Origin: Deltaproteobacteria bacterium
GTDB taxonomy: Bacteria; Desulfobacterota; Dissulfuribacteria; Dissulfuribacterales; UBA3076
NCBI GenBank assembly: GCA_018399745.1
Contig: JAGYNZ010000005.1
Location: 23,765-87,764, forward strand
Direction of reading: 5' to 3'
DNA length: 64,000 bases
A program made the translations under genes and the position numbers. Each line of letters starts with the position of its first letter. Position 1 is the stretch's first letter. The notes beneath the pieces are model-generated. The model was not told where the DNA came from, did no database searches, and worked only from the letters and a program-made list of their open reading frames with translations. Shown here one piece after another: positions 35,876-45,658 of the stretch.

Positions 35876-36526
35876 ATTGGAAGGCATTCCAAGTAATCGA
35901 TACTTGTATATGGAGAGTTCCACTCCTGGGGGAAACAGATCTATTAATTTGCCAGGCGTGAGCAGATTGAGATTTTCCGTCCTTGACCAGAACTCCAATC
36001 CAATGAACCGCAGGATGGCCTGGTGTATGGGTTGCGGCAGCCAGTGGATAAAGGGTAAAAAGGTGTGGAACTCTACTGGAAACAAGCGGTTAGGAGTAGT
36101 AATAAAAAACCTTTTGCCTACGCGCAGCAATTCGCTTACAAAGGCCCTTTGATGTGTACAGTCCCCAACGTGTTCCAGCACAGCGGAACAGAATACTATG
36201 TCAAAGGCATCATCAACAAAGGGTAACATCTCACCATCTGCCTGCACAAAAACGCAACCCGGATATTCCCTTTCGAGAAACGAGATATATTCAATGCCTG
36301 TGGCAACCAACCGGTTTTTATATGGATAAAATCTTTCAAAAAAATTTGAGTCCATCAGTGTCTGGTCGGGAGTAGCACCGACATCCAGTATCCGGCAGGA
36401 GGGCGTGGGTGCCATGACTTCCATAAAGAGGTTGAATATCCTTCGCCTCACTCGATAAGAGACCCGGGACGCCGGCCCTCGAAGGGGATGTCCCAGCGAA
36501 AAATAGTCGATTGCCTTTGGATTCAA
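35852..36526 (-). CDS. Class I SAM-dependent methyltransferase
   Basis: ILDVGA, ADG..LPF.D..FDIVFCSAVLEHVG and TTPNRLFPVEFHTFLPFIHWLP. Confidence 0.82.
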   Translation of the reverse strand: MNPKAIDYFSLGHPLRGPASRVSYRVRRRIFNLFMEVMAPTPSCRILDVGATPDQTLMDSNFFERFYPYKNRLVATGIEYISFLEREYPGCVFVQADGEMLPFVDDAFDIVFCSAVLEHVGDCTHQRAFVSELLRVGKRFFITTPNRLFPVEFHTFLPFIHWLPQPIHQAILRFIGLEFWSRTENLNLLTPGKLIDLFPPGVELSIYKYRLLGMPSNSVVWGNC

Positions 36527-37689
36527 CGCTCCAGACCGAGTATGGCCAACACAAAACCTGAAAATATTGTCTGGACGCCAAGGGTAAGTCCCGTCACAGA
36601 GGTGATAACCGTGCGCAGGCTGTCCTGATAGGGCAAAGGGCCAAAATCCGCTGCCTGCCAGGCAAGCATGGCTTTAGCAAGGCAGGCAAGTCCTCCCGTG
36701 ATAAACAGCAATCCAACACCGATGCCCCATTCCACGGATCGTCCCTCGACGAGTTTTATCAAATGCGGTTTAGGGCCGGGCAGTAAGCCGGTATTGGCCG
36801 CATAGGTCTTGACAAAAAGCGCAAAGGCCAGTGTCTGGAAACCCATTATCAGTGATACACTGGAGACGAGAAGGCTATTAAGGTCAAAGGTCACTTCACC
36901 CACCCTCAGGGGACCAGGCAGCAGGATAGAAAATCCAAGACCACCCAGGATGGTAAATAAGAAGCCGGGGATCAGGAACAGCCAGTTTGGGCTGTAGAGC
37001 AGCATGAAACGCAGATGTCGCCAGCCATCCCGCCAGCTGCGCAGGTGAGACGGCCTCGACCGTCCGTCCAGCCGAAGTGTGACAGGTACCTGACCAATCT
37101 TTAATGATGCCAGTCTGGCCTTGACGACCATTTCAGAAGCAAACTCCATACCCCCGGCGCAAAGGCCCAGCGACAGAATGGCCTCCCGCCTGAATGCACG
37201 CAGACCGCAGTGGAAATCATCCACAGGTGCCTTAAAGAACAATCGGCCCAGCCCGGAAAGCACTGGGTTGCCGATCCAACGGTGTTTCCACGGCATGGCC
37301 CCCGGCTCGATAGAACCGCCGCCCCTGGGCAGACGGCACCCCATGACCAGATCATAGCCTTTATGCAACAGATTCATGAAATGCGTCAATTCGCCGAAAT
37401 CATAACTGCCGTCCGCGTCTCCCATTATTATATACGTACCCCTGGCGGCCTCGATGCCCGCCTTGAGGGCGTGACCATATCCCCTGCGTCCTACCCTTAC
37501 AACCCTGGCACCGGCCTGGGCTGCAAGGACCTGCGAGTTGTCGGTACTGCCGTTATCCGCCACCACCACCTCTCCGGCGACATTTTGCTTTTGCAGGGAT
37601 GCAAACGCCTCCTCAATACAGCCCACAATGGTCTCGGCCTCGTTAAGGCAGGGCATGACTACGGAGATTTCAACAGATTCTCTATCCAT
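36523..37689 (-). CDS. GT2 polyprenyl-phosphate glycosyltransferase (DPM/GtrB-like) with C-terminal TM helices
   Basis: ISVVMPCLNEA, VADNGSTD, GDADGSYDF, DFHCGLR, GMEFASEM and SHLRSWRDGWRHL, then about 4 TM segments; ATG at 37689. Confidence 0.87.
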   Translation of the reverse strand: MDRESVEISVVMPCLNEAETIVGCIEEAFASLQKQNVAGEVVVADNGSTDNSQVLAAQAGARVVRVGRRGYGHALKAGIEAARGTYIIMGDADGSYDFGELTHFMNLLHKGYDLVMGCRLPRGGGSIEPGAMPWKHRWIGNPVLSGLGRLFFKAPVDDFHCGLRAFRREAILSLGLCAGGMEFASEMVVKARLASLKIGQVPVTLRLDGRSRPSHLRSWRDGWRHLRFMLLYSPNWLFLIPGFLFTILGGLGFSILLPGPLRVGEVTFDLNSLLVSSVSLIMGFQTLAFALFVKTYAANTGLLPGPKPHLIKLVEGRSVEWGIGVGLLFITGGLACLAKAMLAWQAADFGPLPYQDSLRTVITSVTGLTLGVQTIFSGFVLAILGLER

Positions 37690-37951
37690 AATGAAATAAA
37701 TAATAAAACAGTAGACACCAGTCTTCAAACAAGGAAGACCATGGCCCTTTTACCGCCATTACAAGAATATTTAAATTTTTATTTACAGATTGTCCCCTTA
37801 TAATAAAAATTAAATATGTTAATAAGCAGGATGACAACTCTAAGAAAGAGACGGCTCATATTTCACGACATGTTTTCCCGGGTATCCAGCATTTAGCCGG
37901 TTACACAATACCTGTTTTTATGACAAGGCATCCAGCCATCATGTCGCAGGT

Positions 37952-39627
37952 ATGTTGCTGACGACAGTGGATAAACTTAGCACATATTTCGTCTTCTTAC
38001 TATACGGCTGCCTTATTGCCGGATCATTATGGATCTGTCTTGATTGCGGCATATTTCCGTTAGATGGAATACATGACAGCCTTCGCTATCTTGGAATGGC
38101 CGAAACCATCCAGAGAGGTGAATGGTTGGGCAATTACAATTACCTGACACTGATTCGCCTGCCTGTATATTCCTGTTTTCTGGCCCTGAACGCCTGTGCG
38201 GGATGGCCGTTGCACGTTACGCAACATGTTTTTTACCTGTTGAGCATCACAGTGCTTGCGGCGGCCTTGCGCGCATGTCAACTGAGTAAATTACAGGTCA
38301 TTTTGGTGTTCGCAGGCTGTGCATTTCACCCTGTAGCCTTTTATCCAAGTCTGTTTGTACTCACCGAAGGTATATATACTTCTCTGGCAACAGGGGTATT
38401 GGCGGGTTGCCTGGGGTTGCTGGGTTCAATTGGTGAAAGCGCCTTAATCTACAGTTCATGGCTGATTGTGACATCTTTTTGCCTGGCGGTCTTTTGGTAT
38501 ATCAGACCGGAGGAATATGGATACTGCCGGTTCTTGGAGTTTTTATCCTTATCCTTTTTCTTCGTGCAAGTCGAATGCGTCAATTTCACTCCATAAGGGT
38601 GCCACGAGGCAGAATTGTACTTGCATTGGCAGTCCCTGCGGTTGCCACCCTGTCTCTTGGGTGGACTATAGCCTCATTGAATGAGCGGTATTATGGAATA
38701 AGGGTTACGCACGAGCTTGCCGAACCAAATTTTGTCGATTTCGGTCGATCGTTAACTCGATTGGCCCCGGAATTTCGCGAGCCTTATATACCTGTGTCGT
38801 CCGAGGCCTTGCAGACTGCCTACAGAGTCAGTCCTCATACCGCGATGTTAAAGCCGTTTCTCTCTCAACAAACTGGAGGAAAGGGTTGGTCTGAATTCGG
38901 ATGTGATATTATGGGTATTTGCGACGAGTTGGCAGGCGGATGGAGCATGTGGGCCATTCGTGACGCGGTAAATTCTATAGGCCTTTATGGTAACGCTAAA
39001 CAGGCAAGTGCGTTTTATGGGGCGGCGGCACAAGAGTTGTCCGGTGCATGTAAAGAGGGCAGGATAAGGTGTTCAGATAATCCTACCGGTAATCTCCTGG
39101 CACCTCCCTTGACATTGAATGATGGGCCGCGTTTACTGCAATCGTTTTTTAGAGTGTCTGCTCATACATTAAATTTTCAGGGGCTTGCCGAGTCCCTGAA
39201 AGCCTGTGACGAGATATATTCGCATCAGGATTTGGTGCCGCGTTATAATAATATAACCCATGACCAAAAGCCTGGTCCTCCATTGACTACTGTATTGAAT
39301 GTAGGCCTTCATTTATCTGTTTATAGCTGGATACAATGGACTGGAATTGCAATAATGCTCATTTTGGGTTTATATGATGCGCTACGAAGATTTCGAAACA
39401 AAAACGGCAAATCTATGACGCGTGAGCCGAGCGTAATTCCCGTTTACGATTTGGCAGGGTGGTTGATGCTGATCTTCGTATGCAGTCGCCTGGTGTTGGT
39501 TTCGTATATTGACGCCATGAGTTTCCCTTGTCATATTAGATACTTGTTTGTGATTTATCCGGCTCTGACGGCCCTGGTCATAACCGCCTTTTCTTTTCCG
39601 GTGCGACTAAAGAAGATATCAAAATAG
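37952..39627 (+). pseudogene. Polytopic membrane protein (GT-C-like glycosyltransferase) split by a 1-nt frameshift near 38513
   Basis: ORFs 37952..38596 and 38458..39627 overlap. Adding one G in CCG GAG GA ATA TGG restores WYIRPEGIWILP. N-terminal HDSLRY and LTEGIY motifs, many TM helices and a large periplasmic loop. Confidence 0.65.
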
Positions 39628-39733
39628 GGAGTTCCTCTTTTGTTTGACAGATTGCCATAGGCATACTGATCTCTACATAGAGCTGACCAATAGAAATACG
39701 ACATTTCACTTCATTATTCTTGGCGCTACTCAC

Positions 39734-40651
39734 GTGAAACTTTTACAAAAGACGGAAAATATAGATCTGTATGAATTCTATATTAAAATTAGTTTATACT
39801 GCCTTCTCCCTCTTTTGGGCCGTTTACCCTTTCCCCTCGCCTGGAAGCTGAACCGTATCCGGGGGGCTTTCAGGTACCACATCGGATGGTACAGGGCCTA
39901 TATTAACAGGCCGGGGCTGAAGGAAATCGCTATACAAAACGTTATCCAGGCCGGCTTTACCCGGTCCGCTGCCAAGCGAATTGTCAAGGATGTTTTTGTC
40001 GTAGAAACCGGTTTTGAGCTGGAAGGGTTACTCCACGACAAGTTTAATGCGGATTGGCTGGAAGAGAACCTGCTCACAATTCATAATATGAGCAATCTTA
40101 TAAATGCCATGGAAAAAGGAAAGGGGGTAATCCTGGCCACTGCCCATACCGCCAATTTTGAACTTGTGGAACTTTACGTTGCACTCAGAGGGATCCCGAT
40201 TTCCGGACTATATGGTCTGCCTCAGCATAAGCCAAGGAATTCCATGGAACGGTTTGCCCTGGAAAGGTTCGCCAGGATCAGTGATAAAATAGGGGCTATA
40301 TATACCAGTGGCGGTCTGCGTGAATTATACAAGGTCCTGGAAAGGGGAGAATGTGTAATGTGGCTGATAGATCTGCCGGCAGGAAACAATAAACGATCCG
40401 TACATGTAAAATTTATGGAAGAGACAATATCTGTTGCAAATTCATTTGTTACTGTATCGGCAAAAGCCGATGCACCAATTGTCCCGATGATATCAGTGGC
40501 CCGTAAAAGGCCTGGATACCAGGTCTTTTTTGGCAGACCTATTCTTCCAGGCTCATCGCCGCAGGAGTCCTTCTCTTTCATGGAAAGCCATTTGCGTAAA
40601 AGTCCTGAAAGCTGGATAGGCTGGTATTATCTGGATAGGATGAAGGTGTAA
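39734..40651 (+). CDS. LpxL-like lysophospholipid/lipid acyltransferase family protein
   Basis: KGKGVILATAHTANFEL (HX4E motif), WLIDLP, VKFM and PESWIGW; start uncertain (ORF open from 39644). Confidence 0.75.
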   Translation: MKLLQKTENIDLYEFYIKISLYCLLPLLGRLPFPLAWKLNRIRGAFRYHIGWYRAYINRPGLKEIAIQNVIQAGFTRSAAKRIVKDVFVVETGFELEGLLHDKFNADWLEENLLTIHNMSNLINAMEKGKGVILATAHTANFELVELYVALRGIPISGLYGLPQHKPRNSMERFALERFARISDKIGAIYTSGGLRELYKVLERGECVMWLIDLPAGNNKRSVHVKFMEETISVANSFVTVSAKADAPIVPMISVARKRPGYQVFFGRPILPGSSPQESFSFMESHLRKSPESWIGWYYLDRMKV

Positions 40652-40658
40652 ACGAAAA

Positions 40659-41636
40659 ATGTTCATGGAGCGTCCATACCTTTATGAAATAGAGCCTACC
40701 AATCACTGTCCGTATCGATGCATCATGTGTCCGAACGGATTGGGCTGGATGACACGTTCAAAGGGCTTTATGGAACTCAGAATATTTAAGCGGGCTTTAA
40801 CTGCACTGTCCCCTGAACAGCGCCTCCTGAGGCTGCACCATTTTGGAGAAGCCGTCCTTCATCCGGAAATTACATCCATGATTCAAATGGTGACGGATAA
40901 AGGTCTTGTTCCACTGATTTCGCTCAATCCGTTTACGCTTAACAACGACCTGATCGAAATGCTCGCCGATGCCGATCCAGGCATTGTCTGTTTTTCCATG
41001 GACGGCTTTACGGCCCGGGCGGTGAAAGAAATCAGGGGCATCAAGATGCCGGTGGAGCATGGTATTGAAATGATTCGACGCTTTTGTCAGGTTACAAGGA
41101 GCAAAGGATGCAAAACCCTCAAGGTCCTGCAGACAGTGATGTTAGACAGGAACCGTACAGAGCTGGAGGCGCGGGATAAGCTTGCCTCGGCGCTTGGAGG
41201 ATCGGATTTTTGCATCTATGATGCCCCCAATACAGGCTTTGGATTTGATTCCATTATTCGGAAACATTCGGCATCCTGCCATGATCCCGCCCTGGTATCC
41301 AGAGAAGATTGCCAGGCACCTTTTAACCAGGTGGTGGTTCTGTGGGATGGAGGGGTGGCGATCTGCTGTTATGACTATAATGGAGATACGGTAATCGGGA
41401 ATATCAGCTCGGAGACCCTGGAAACTATTTGGAATGGGGACAAGGCCAGGCAGCTGCGTAAATTGTTTCTGAGCGGCCATGCCAGAAAAAATCCCAGATG
41501 CAGGACCTGTTTCAAGGCCCCGCAAAGACCCGTGACTCAATCCGAGATCCTGTCAGTTAAAAACACCCGGGCTTTTGAAGAGGAGCGTGTAATTTTGAAT
41601 ATGTATGAAAGGTCCTTTGGGAAAATAGTATCGTGA
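40659..41636 (+). CDS. Radical SAM protein with SPASM/twitch domain
   Basis: EPTNHCPYRCIMC, HHFGEAVLHP, CQAPF..VVVLWDG.VAICCYD, IGN and CRTC. Confidence 0.87.
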   Translation: MFMERPYLYEIEPTNHCPYRCIMCPNGLGWMTRSKGFMELRIFKRALTALSPEQRLLRLHHFGEAVLHPEITSMIQMVTDKGLVPLISLNPFTLNNDLIEMLADADPGIVCFSMDGFTARAVKEIRGIKMPVEHGIEMIRRFCQVTRSKGCKTLKVLQTVMLDRNRTELEARDKLASALGGSDFCIYDAPNTGFGFDSIIRKHSASCHDPALVSREDCQAPFNQVVVLWDGGVAICCYDYNGDTVIGNISSETLETIWNGDKARQLRKLFLSGHARKNPRCRTCFKAPQRPVTQSEILSVKNTRAFEEERVILNMYERSFGKIVS

Positions 41637-42574
41637 ATCCCCAGCTTTCACCCTATCCGACAACCATTTTTTTTGAAGTGACGAACCACTGCAATCTGCG
41701 ATGTCTGCGATGTGCTATGCACGGGAAGGATGCTGTTATGCGACGGCCTCTCGGTCATATGCCCAAATCGGTCTGGAAGGCTGCCATACGTGAAATCGGT
41801 GAATGGCCCACGCCGGTTTCCGTTCTTACCCATGGTGCAGGCGAACCTTTACTTCATCCAGAAATCCTTGATATTTTAGGTTTCTGTAAGTCATTTGCCA
41901 ATATACAGGTCGGCTTTCTTACAAATGGCATGCTCTTGACTGCAGATATCAGTAAAGCCCTTATCGATATGGGTATCGACTGGATCGCTATGAGTATCGA
42001 CGGTATTGACCCGGTATGGCATAAGAAACTGCGTTATCCTTCGGATTTGAGGCGGATTACCGATAATCTGGAGAACTTTCTGAGAATACGGCAATTAAGG
42101 AAAAATATACCGAAAGTACTTCTGAATATGGTCATGCATCCCGAGATTATTGATCAGGGACCTAAATTCGTCAAATTGTGGATTGACCGTGTTGAAACCG
42201 TTATGCTTGCCCACTGCCGAATTCCTCCGTCAAGCAAGCGATGGCCCGATACACCCAGTCCCAGACAGGCATGCATTCTTCCCTATCAGCAGATGGTTAT
42301 AGCTCAGGATGGTCGTCTTCTCATGTGCTGTGAAGATTTCGACTGTCAACATTCACCGGGCCGTTTCCCTGAGCAAAAGCTCCTGGATATATGGCAGGGG
42401 TCGTTTCTTAATAAGATACGCAGGTACCATCAATCCGGCAAATGGGATGCCATTCCTCTCTGCCGTGATTGTGACAGTTGGGCTGACGGACTTGATCCTG
42501 TTATAGAGGAGGATAAAGTGCAGGGAATTAAAAAGACTGTGCGGGTATCTCAAACAATTTATGAGAAGATCTAA
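41633..42574 (+). CDS. Radical SAM protein with SPASM/twitch domain
   Basis: EVTNHCNLRCLRC, GAGEPLLHP, TNGMLL, SIDG, CILPY..MVIAQDG.LLMCCED and CRDC. Confidence 0.88.
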   Translation: MNPQLSPYPTTIFFEVTNHCNLRCLRCAMHGKDAVMRRPLGHMPKSVWKAAIREIGEWPTPVSVLTHGAGEPLLHPEILDILGFCKSFANIQVGFLTNGMLLTADISKALIDMGIDWIAMSIDGIDPVWHKKLRYPSDLRRITDNLENFLRIRQLRKNIPKVLLNMVMHPEIIDQGPKFVKLWIDRVETVMLAHCRIPPSSKRWPDTPSPRQACILPYQQMVIAQDGRLLMCCEDFDCQHSPGRFPEQKLLDIWQGSFLNKIRRYHQSGKWDAIPLCRDCDSWADGLDPVIEEDKVQGIKKTVRVSQTIYEKI

Positions 42575-43430
42575 CTTGATTCCGGAGAACCGAAACTGTT
42601 TCGGCCCGAACTATCCGACTGAATATCCCGGCGAGATGGTCAAGGTCCTGGGATTATCGTATACAGACAGGGTACTTGATGTGGGCGGAGGCCATAACCC
42701 CCTGCCTGTGGCCCGAGTCATTCTGGAAAGGGATCTGTCTGACGGGGCCCACAGAGATGGCCAGGCCATAAGATATAGTGACAGTGCCTGTTTAATTCAA
42801 GGGGACGTGCAAAGTCTGCCATTTGCTGATCATGCCTTTGATTTCGTCTATTGCGCCCATGTGCTGGAACATGTGAATGACCCTGCCGAGGCATGCAGGG
42901 AACTCATGAGGGTGGCGACTCGAGGCTTTATTGAGACCCCGAGGGCATGGACTGAATACGTGGCGGGACATCCTTCTCATCAATGGCTTGTGGACCTGAT
43001 TGACGGAGTACTGGTATTTACCCGCAAACCGTTTTTGGAATGGCCCTTTGACCAGATCGTTTTGGCAAAAGCACAAATTGATCCGGACTTTTACCAAAAG
43101 GCGCTTGTTACTTACCGAAACCTCACATGTGTTCAACTCCTTTGGGATGATACCTTTACTTTTCGAGTAACCAGATTACCTGACGGAATCGAGTATAGTT
43201 ATGGGGATCCTTTAACCGCTTCGCGGGCGCACTTTGTCTTTGCGTGTAACCTCTTATTGGCCCGGGCCCCTCTTCCCAATGTACTGGTCCACGCCAAAGA
43301 GGCCTTTCTCAAGGTCAAGGATCCCAAATATGCAAAACTGGTTGAACTTGTAGAAACATTACTGGACAATAAAGTTTTAGCCCGGCCAAAAAATAAAGCC
43401 GACCTCATTTCTCTCGGTATTCAGCCCTAA
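42561..43430 (+). CDS. Class I SAM-dependent methyltransferase
   Basis: VLDVGGG, GDVQSLPFADHAFDFVYCAHVLEHV..P and ELMRVA.RGFIETP. Confidence 0.82.
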   Translation: MRRSNLIPENRNCFGPNYPTEYPGEMVKVLGLSYTDRVLDVGGGHNPLPVARVILERDLSDGAHRDGQAIRYSDSACLIQGDVQSLPFADHAFDFVYCAHVLEHVNDPAEACRELMRVATRGFIETPRAWTEYVAGHPSHQWLVDLIDGVLVFTRKPFLEWPFDQIVLAKAQIDPDFYQKALVTYRNLTCVQLLWDDTFTFRVTRLPDGIEYSYGDPLTASRAHFVFACNLLLARAPLPNVLVHAKEAFLKVKDPKYAKLVELVETLLDNKVLARPKNKADLISLGIQP

Positions 43431-43434
43431 ATTC

Positions 43435-44436
43435 ATGTCCGTTCAAATTACAAGTTATCGTCAGGGAGATGAGCATCAGATCGTAGCCTTGTTCAAGGAC
43501 GTTTTCCAGACGCAACGATCCCTTGCTCACTGGTCATGGAAATACAGAGATGATCCTTACGGAAGTCATCTTATTTCGCTTGCATGGCGAAACAGGAAAT
43601 TAGTAGCGCATTACGGAGGGTATGCACTGCCGTTCCATTTGGAAAACCGCGAAGATTCAGGTACCATCATAGTTTACCACGCCGGGGATAAAATGACTTC
43701 TCCTGAAGTCAGGGGCATGGGTTTCGGCAAAACCAGTATTCTGGTGAAGACCTGTGAACATTTTAAGACATGCCACTGCCGGGGGAAGATTGCCTTTTAC
43801 TATGGCGTGGTAACGGGGCATAGCGAACGTATGGGGAGAATGTTTCTGGATTACAGGCCCTTAGCGCCGGTCGTGCGTTGGACCAGACATACTGACACCC
43901 TTTATCAACCCGGTCCATGGAGCAGAATATGGGGCCCCTGGCGTGCAAAAGCCGTCAGAAGACTCCCTGATGACATGGATGAATTCCTGAAAAAAGTGGG
44001 TCCGGCATACGGGGCGATGGTCTGGCGCACTTCTCGCTATTTACAATGGCGATATCTGGAACGTCCAGATTTACATTATTATTTTCTAACCCTCAGATAT
44101 AAGCGAAAACTCGAGGCCTGGGCCGTATTCCGGCGCCAGGGTCAGGACCTTCTCTGGGGCGATGCCTTAATCAGCCCGGGGCTTGACGAAGAAGGCCTGT
44201 CTTTCCTTCTTTCCAATGCAGTCAGGAGTGCGGGAGATCATGAGAGCATATCAAGGATCGTTGCCTGGTTCCCTGACAGGAGTTACTGGATTACGGCACT
44301 ACTGAGAAACACTGATTTTTGCCCTGAACCTGAACCTAACGGCCTGATCTTTGTTGTTATTCCTATTGATCAGAAATCGCCCGGGGTCAACCGGGAAAAT
44401 TTTCATTACTCCTGGGGAGATACGGATCTGTTCTGA
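43435..44436 (+). CDS. GNAT-family N-acyltransferase
   Basis: HWSWKY.DDPYG, LVAHYGG, DKMTSPEVRGMG, RTSRYLQWRY..RP and GDTDLF. Confidence 0.72.
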   Translation: MSVQITSYRQGDEHQIVALFKDVFQTQRSLAHWSWKYRDDPYGSHLISLAWRNRKLVAHYGGYALPFHLENREDSGTIIVYHAGDKMTSPEVRGMGFGKTSILVKTCEHFKTCHCRGKIAFYYGVVTGHSERMGRMFLDYRPLAPVVRWTRHTDTLYQPGPWSRIWGPWRAKAVRRLPDDMDEFLKKVGPAYGAMVWRTSRYLQWRYLERPDLHYYFLTLRYKRKLEAWAVFRRQGQDLLWGDALISPGLDEEGLSFLLSNAVRSAGDHESISRIVAWFPDRSYWITALLRNTDFCPEPEPNGLIFVVIPIDQKSPGVNRENFHYSWGDTDLF

Positions 44437-44437
44437 T

Positions 44438-45616
44438 ATGTATGCATTGCAACTCGAAAATATAGAAAAGACCTATCGCCTGTATTCCAGGCCTATTGAC
44501 CGATTAATAGAAGTTATAACGCGAAGGCCACGTCATGCCTCGGTAAGGGTCCTTGAAGGCATCTCTCTGTCGCTCTTTCCCGGTGACATCGTCGGAATTA
44601 TTGGTGATAACGGTGCAGGGAAGTCCACCCTTCTTAAAATCATAGCTGGAACACTTACCCCGACTTCCGGCCGTCTGGTCAGAAACGGAAGGATCGCCGC
44701 GCTTCTGGAACTGGGTGCCGGGTTTCACCCGGAAATGACAGGTCGCCAGAATATTTATTTTAATGCCGCACTTATGGGACTGGAAGCAGGGGTCATACAG
44801 GTCCATGAAGCAGACATTATAAGCTTTGCCGAACTGGGGGACTTTATCGATCAGCCTGTAAAGACTTACTCCTCCGGTATGCACATGCGTCTTGCCTTCA
44901 GTATAGCTACCATGGTGGATCCTGACATCCTCATCATCGATGAGGCCCTGAGCGTGGGGGATCAGTACTTTCAGGACAAGTGCCTCGCCCGAATGCGGGA
45001 ATTCCGCGAGCAGGGTAAGACCATTTTGTTCTGCAGTCATGCGATGTACGTGGTGAATGAACTGTGTGACCGATGTGTGTGGCTTGACCACGGCCTCATA
45101 CGTGCAGCCGGGTCGGTGCACGAGGTTATTACGGCATACCAGGAGCATACACGGGGCCATCAACAACCTGATTCTGAAAAAAGTAGTATGATCGATCGAG
45201 ATTCCGGCTCACCGGCAGGGGAATTCCTGAAGATTGAAAATATGGCGGTTTCTCTGGCCGACAGGGATTTGCATATAGGCTTCCATGTCTTGTCTCAAAG
45301 AGGATTTGATGGTCATCTTGCATGGCTCCTGACACGTCAGGACCGTACTGTCGTGAGTCTGGGGACCACGGACAGGAAATCTATACCGCCTTTACACCTC
45401 ACAGGGAGAAGGGAATTTGGTTTTACGATCAAGGACCTGAACCTTGTCGATGGCAAATATCATGTATATGTGGGGGTGATGGACAGAGATGCGCTCATCC
45501 CTTTCTCTATTGCACAAATGGATCTGGACATTGATTTCGGTAATACGTATTTTGACGGTGTCTGTCATTATAAATGGCAATTTACAGATGTCGATGGCCC
45601 TGCAGGCACCATTTAG
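44438..45616 (+). CDS. wzt: Polysaccharide ABC exporter ATPase with C-terminal carbohydrate-binding extension
   Basis: GDNGAGKSTLLK, ALLELGAGFHPEMTGRQN, PVKTYSSGM..RLAF, IIDEALSVGD and about 130 aa of C-terminal beta domain. Confidence 0.9.
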   Translation: MYALQLENIEKTYRLYSRPIDRLIEVITRRPRHASVRVLEGISLSLFPGDIVGIIGDNGAGKSTLLKIIAGTLTPTSGRLVRNGRIAALLELGAGFHPEMTGRQNIYFNAALMGLEAGVIQVHEADIISFAELGDFIDQPVKTYSSGMHMRLAFSIATMVDPDILIIDEALSVGDQYFQDKCLARMREFREQGKTILFCSHAMYVVNELCDRCVWLDHGLIRAAGSVHEVITAYQEHTRGHQQPDSEKSSMIDRDSGSPAGEFLKIENMAVSLADRDLHIGFHVLSQRGFDGHLAWLLTRQDRTVVSLGTTDRKSIPPLHLTGRREFGFTIKDLNLVDGKYHVYVGVMDRDALIPFSIAQMDLDIDFGNTYFDGVCHYKWQFTDVDGPAGTI

Positions 45617-45658
45617 CCGTCTGAAAAATTCGCATGACTCAAATCTGACTTTTTTGTA

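Noticed and set aside
40659..42574. RiPP (ranthipeptide/sactipeptide) maturase pair
   Set aside because: No precursor peptide or RRE domain is seen; short twitch-type C-termini and a glycan context fit sugar chemistry better.
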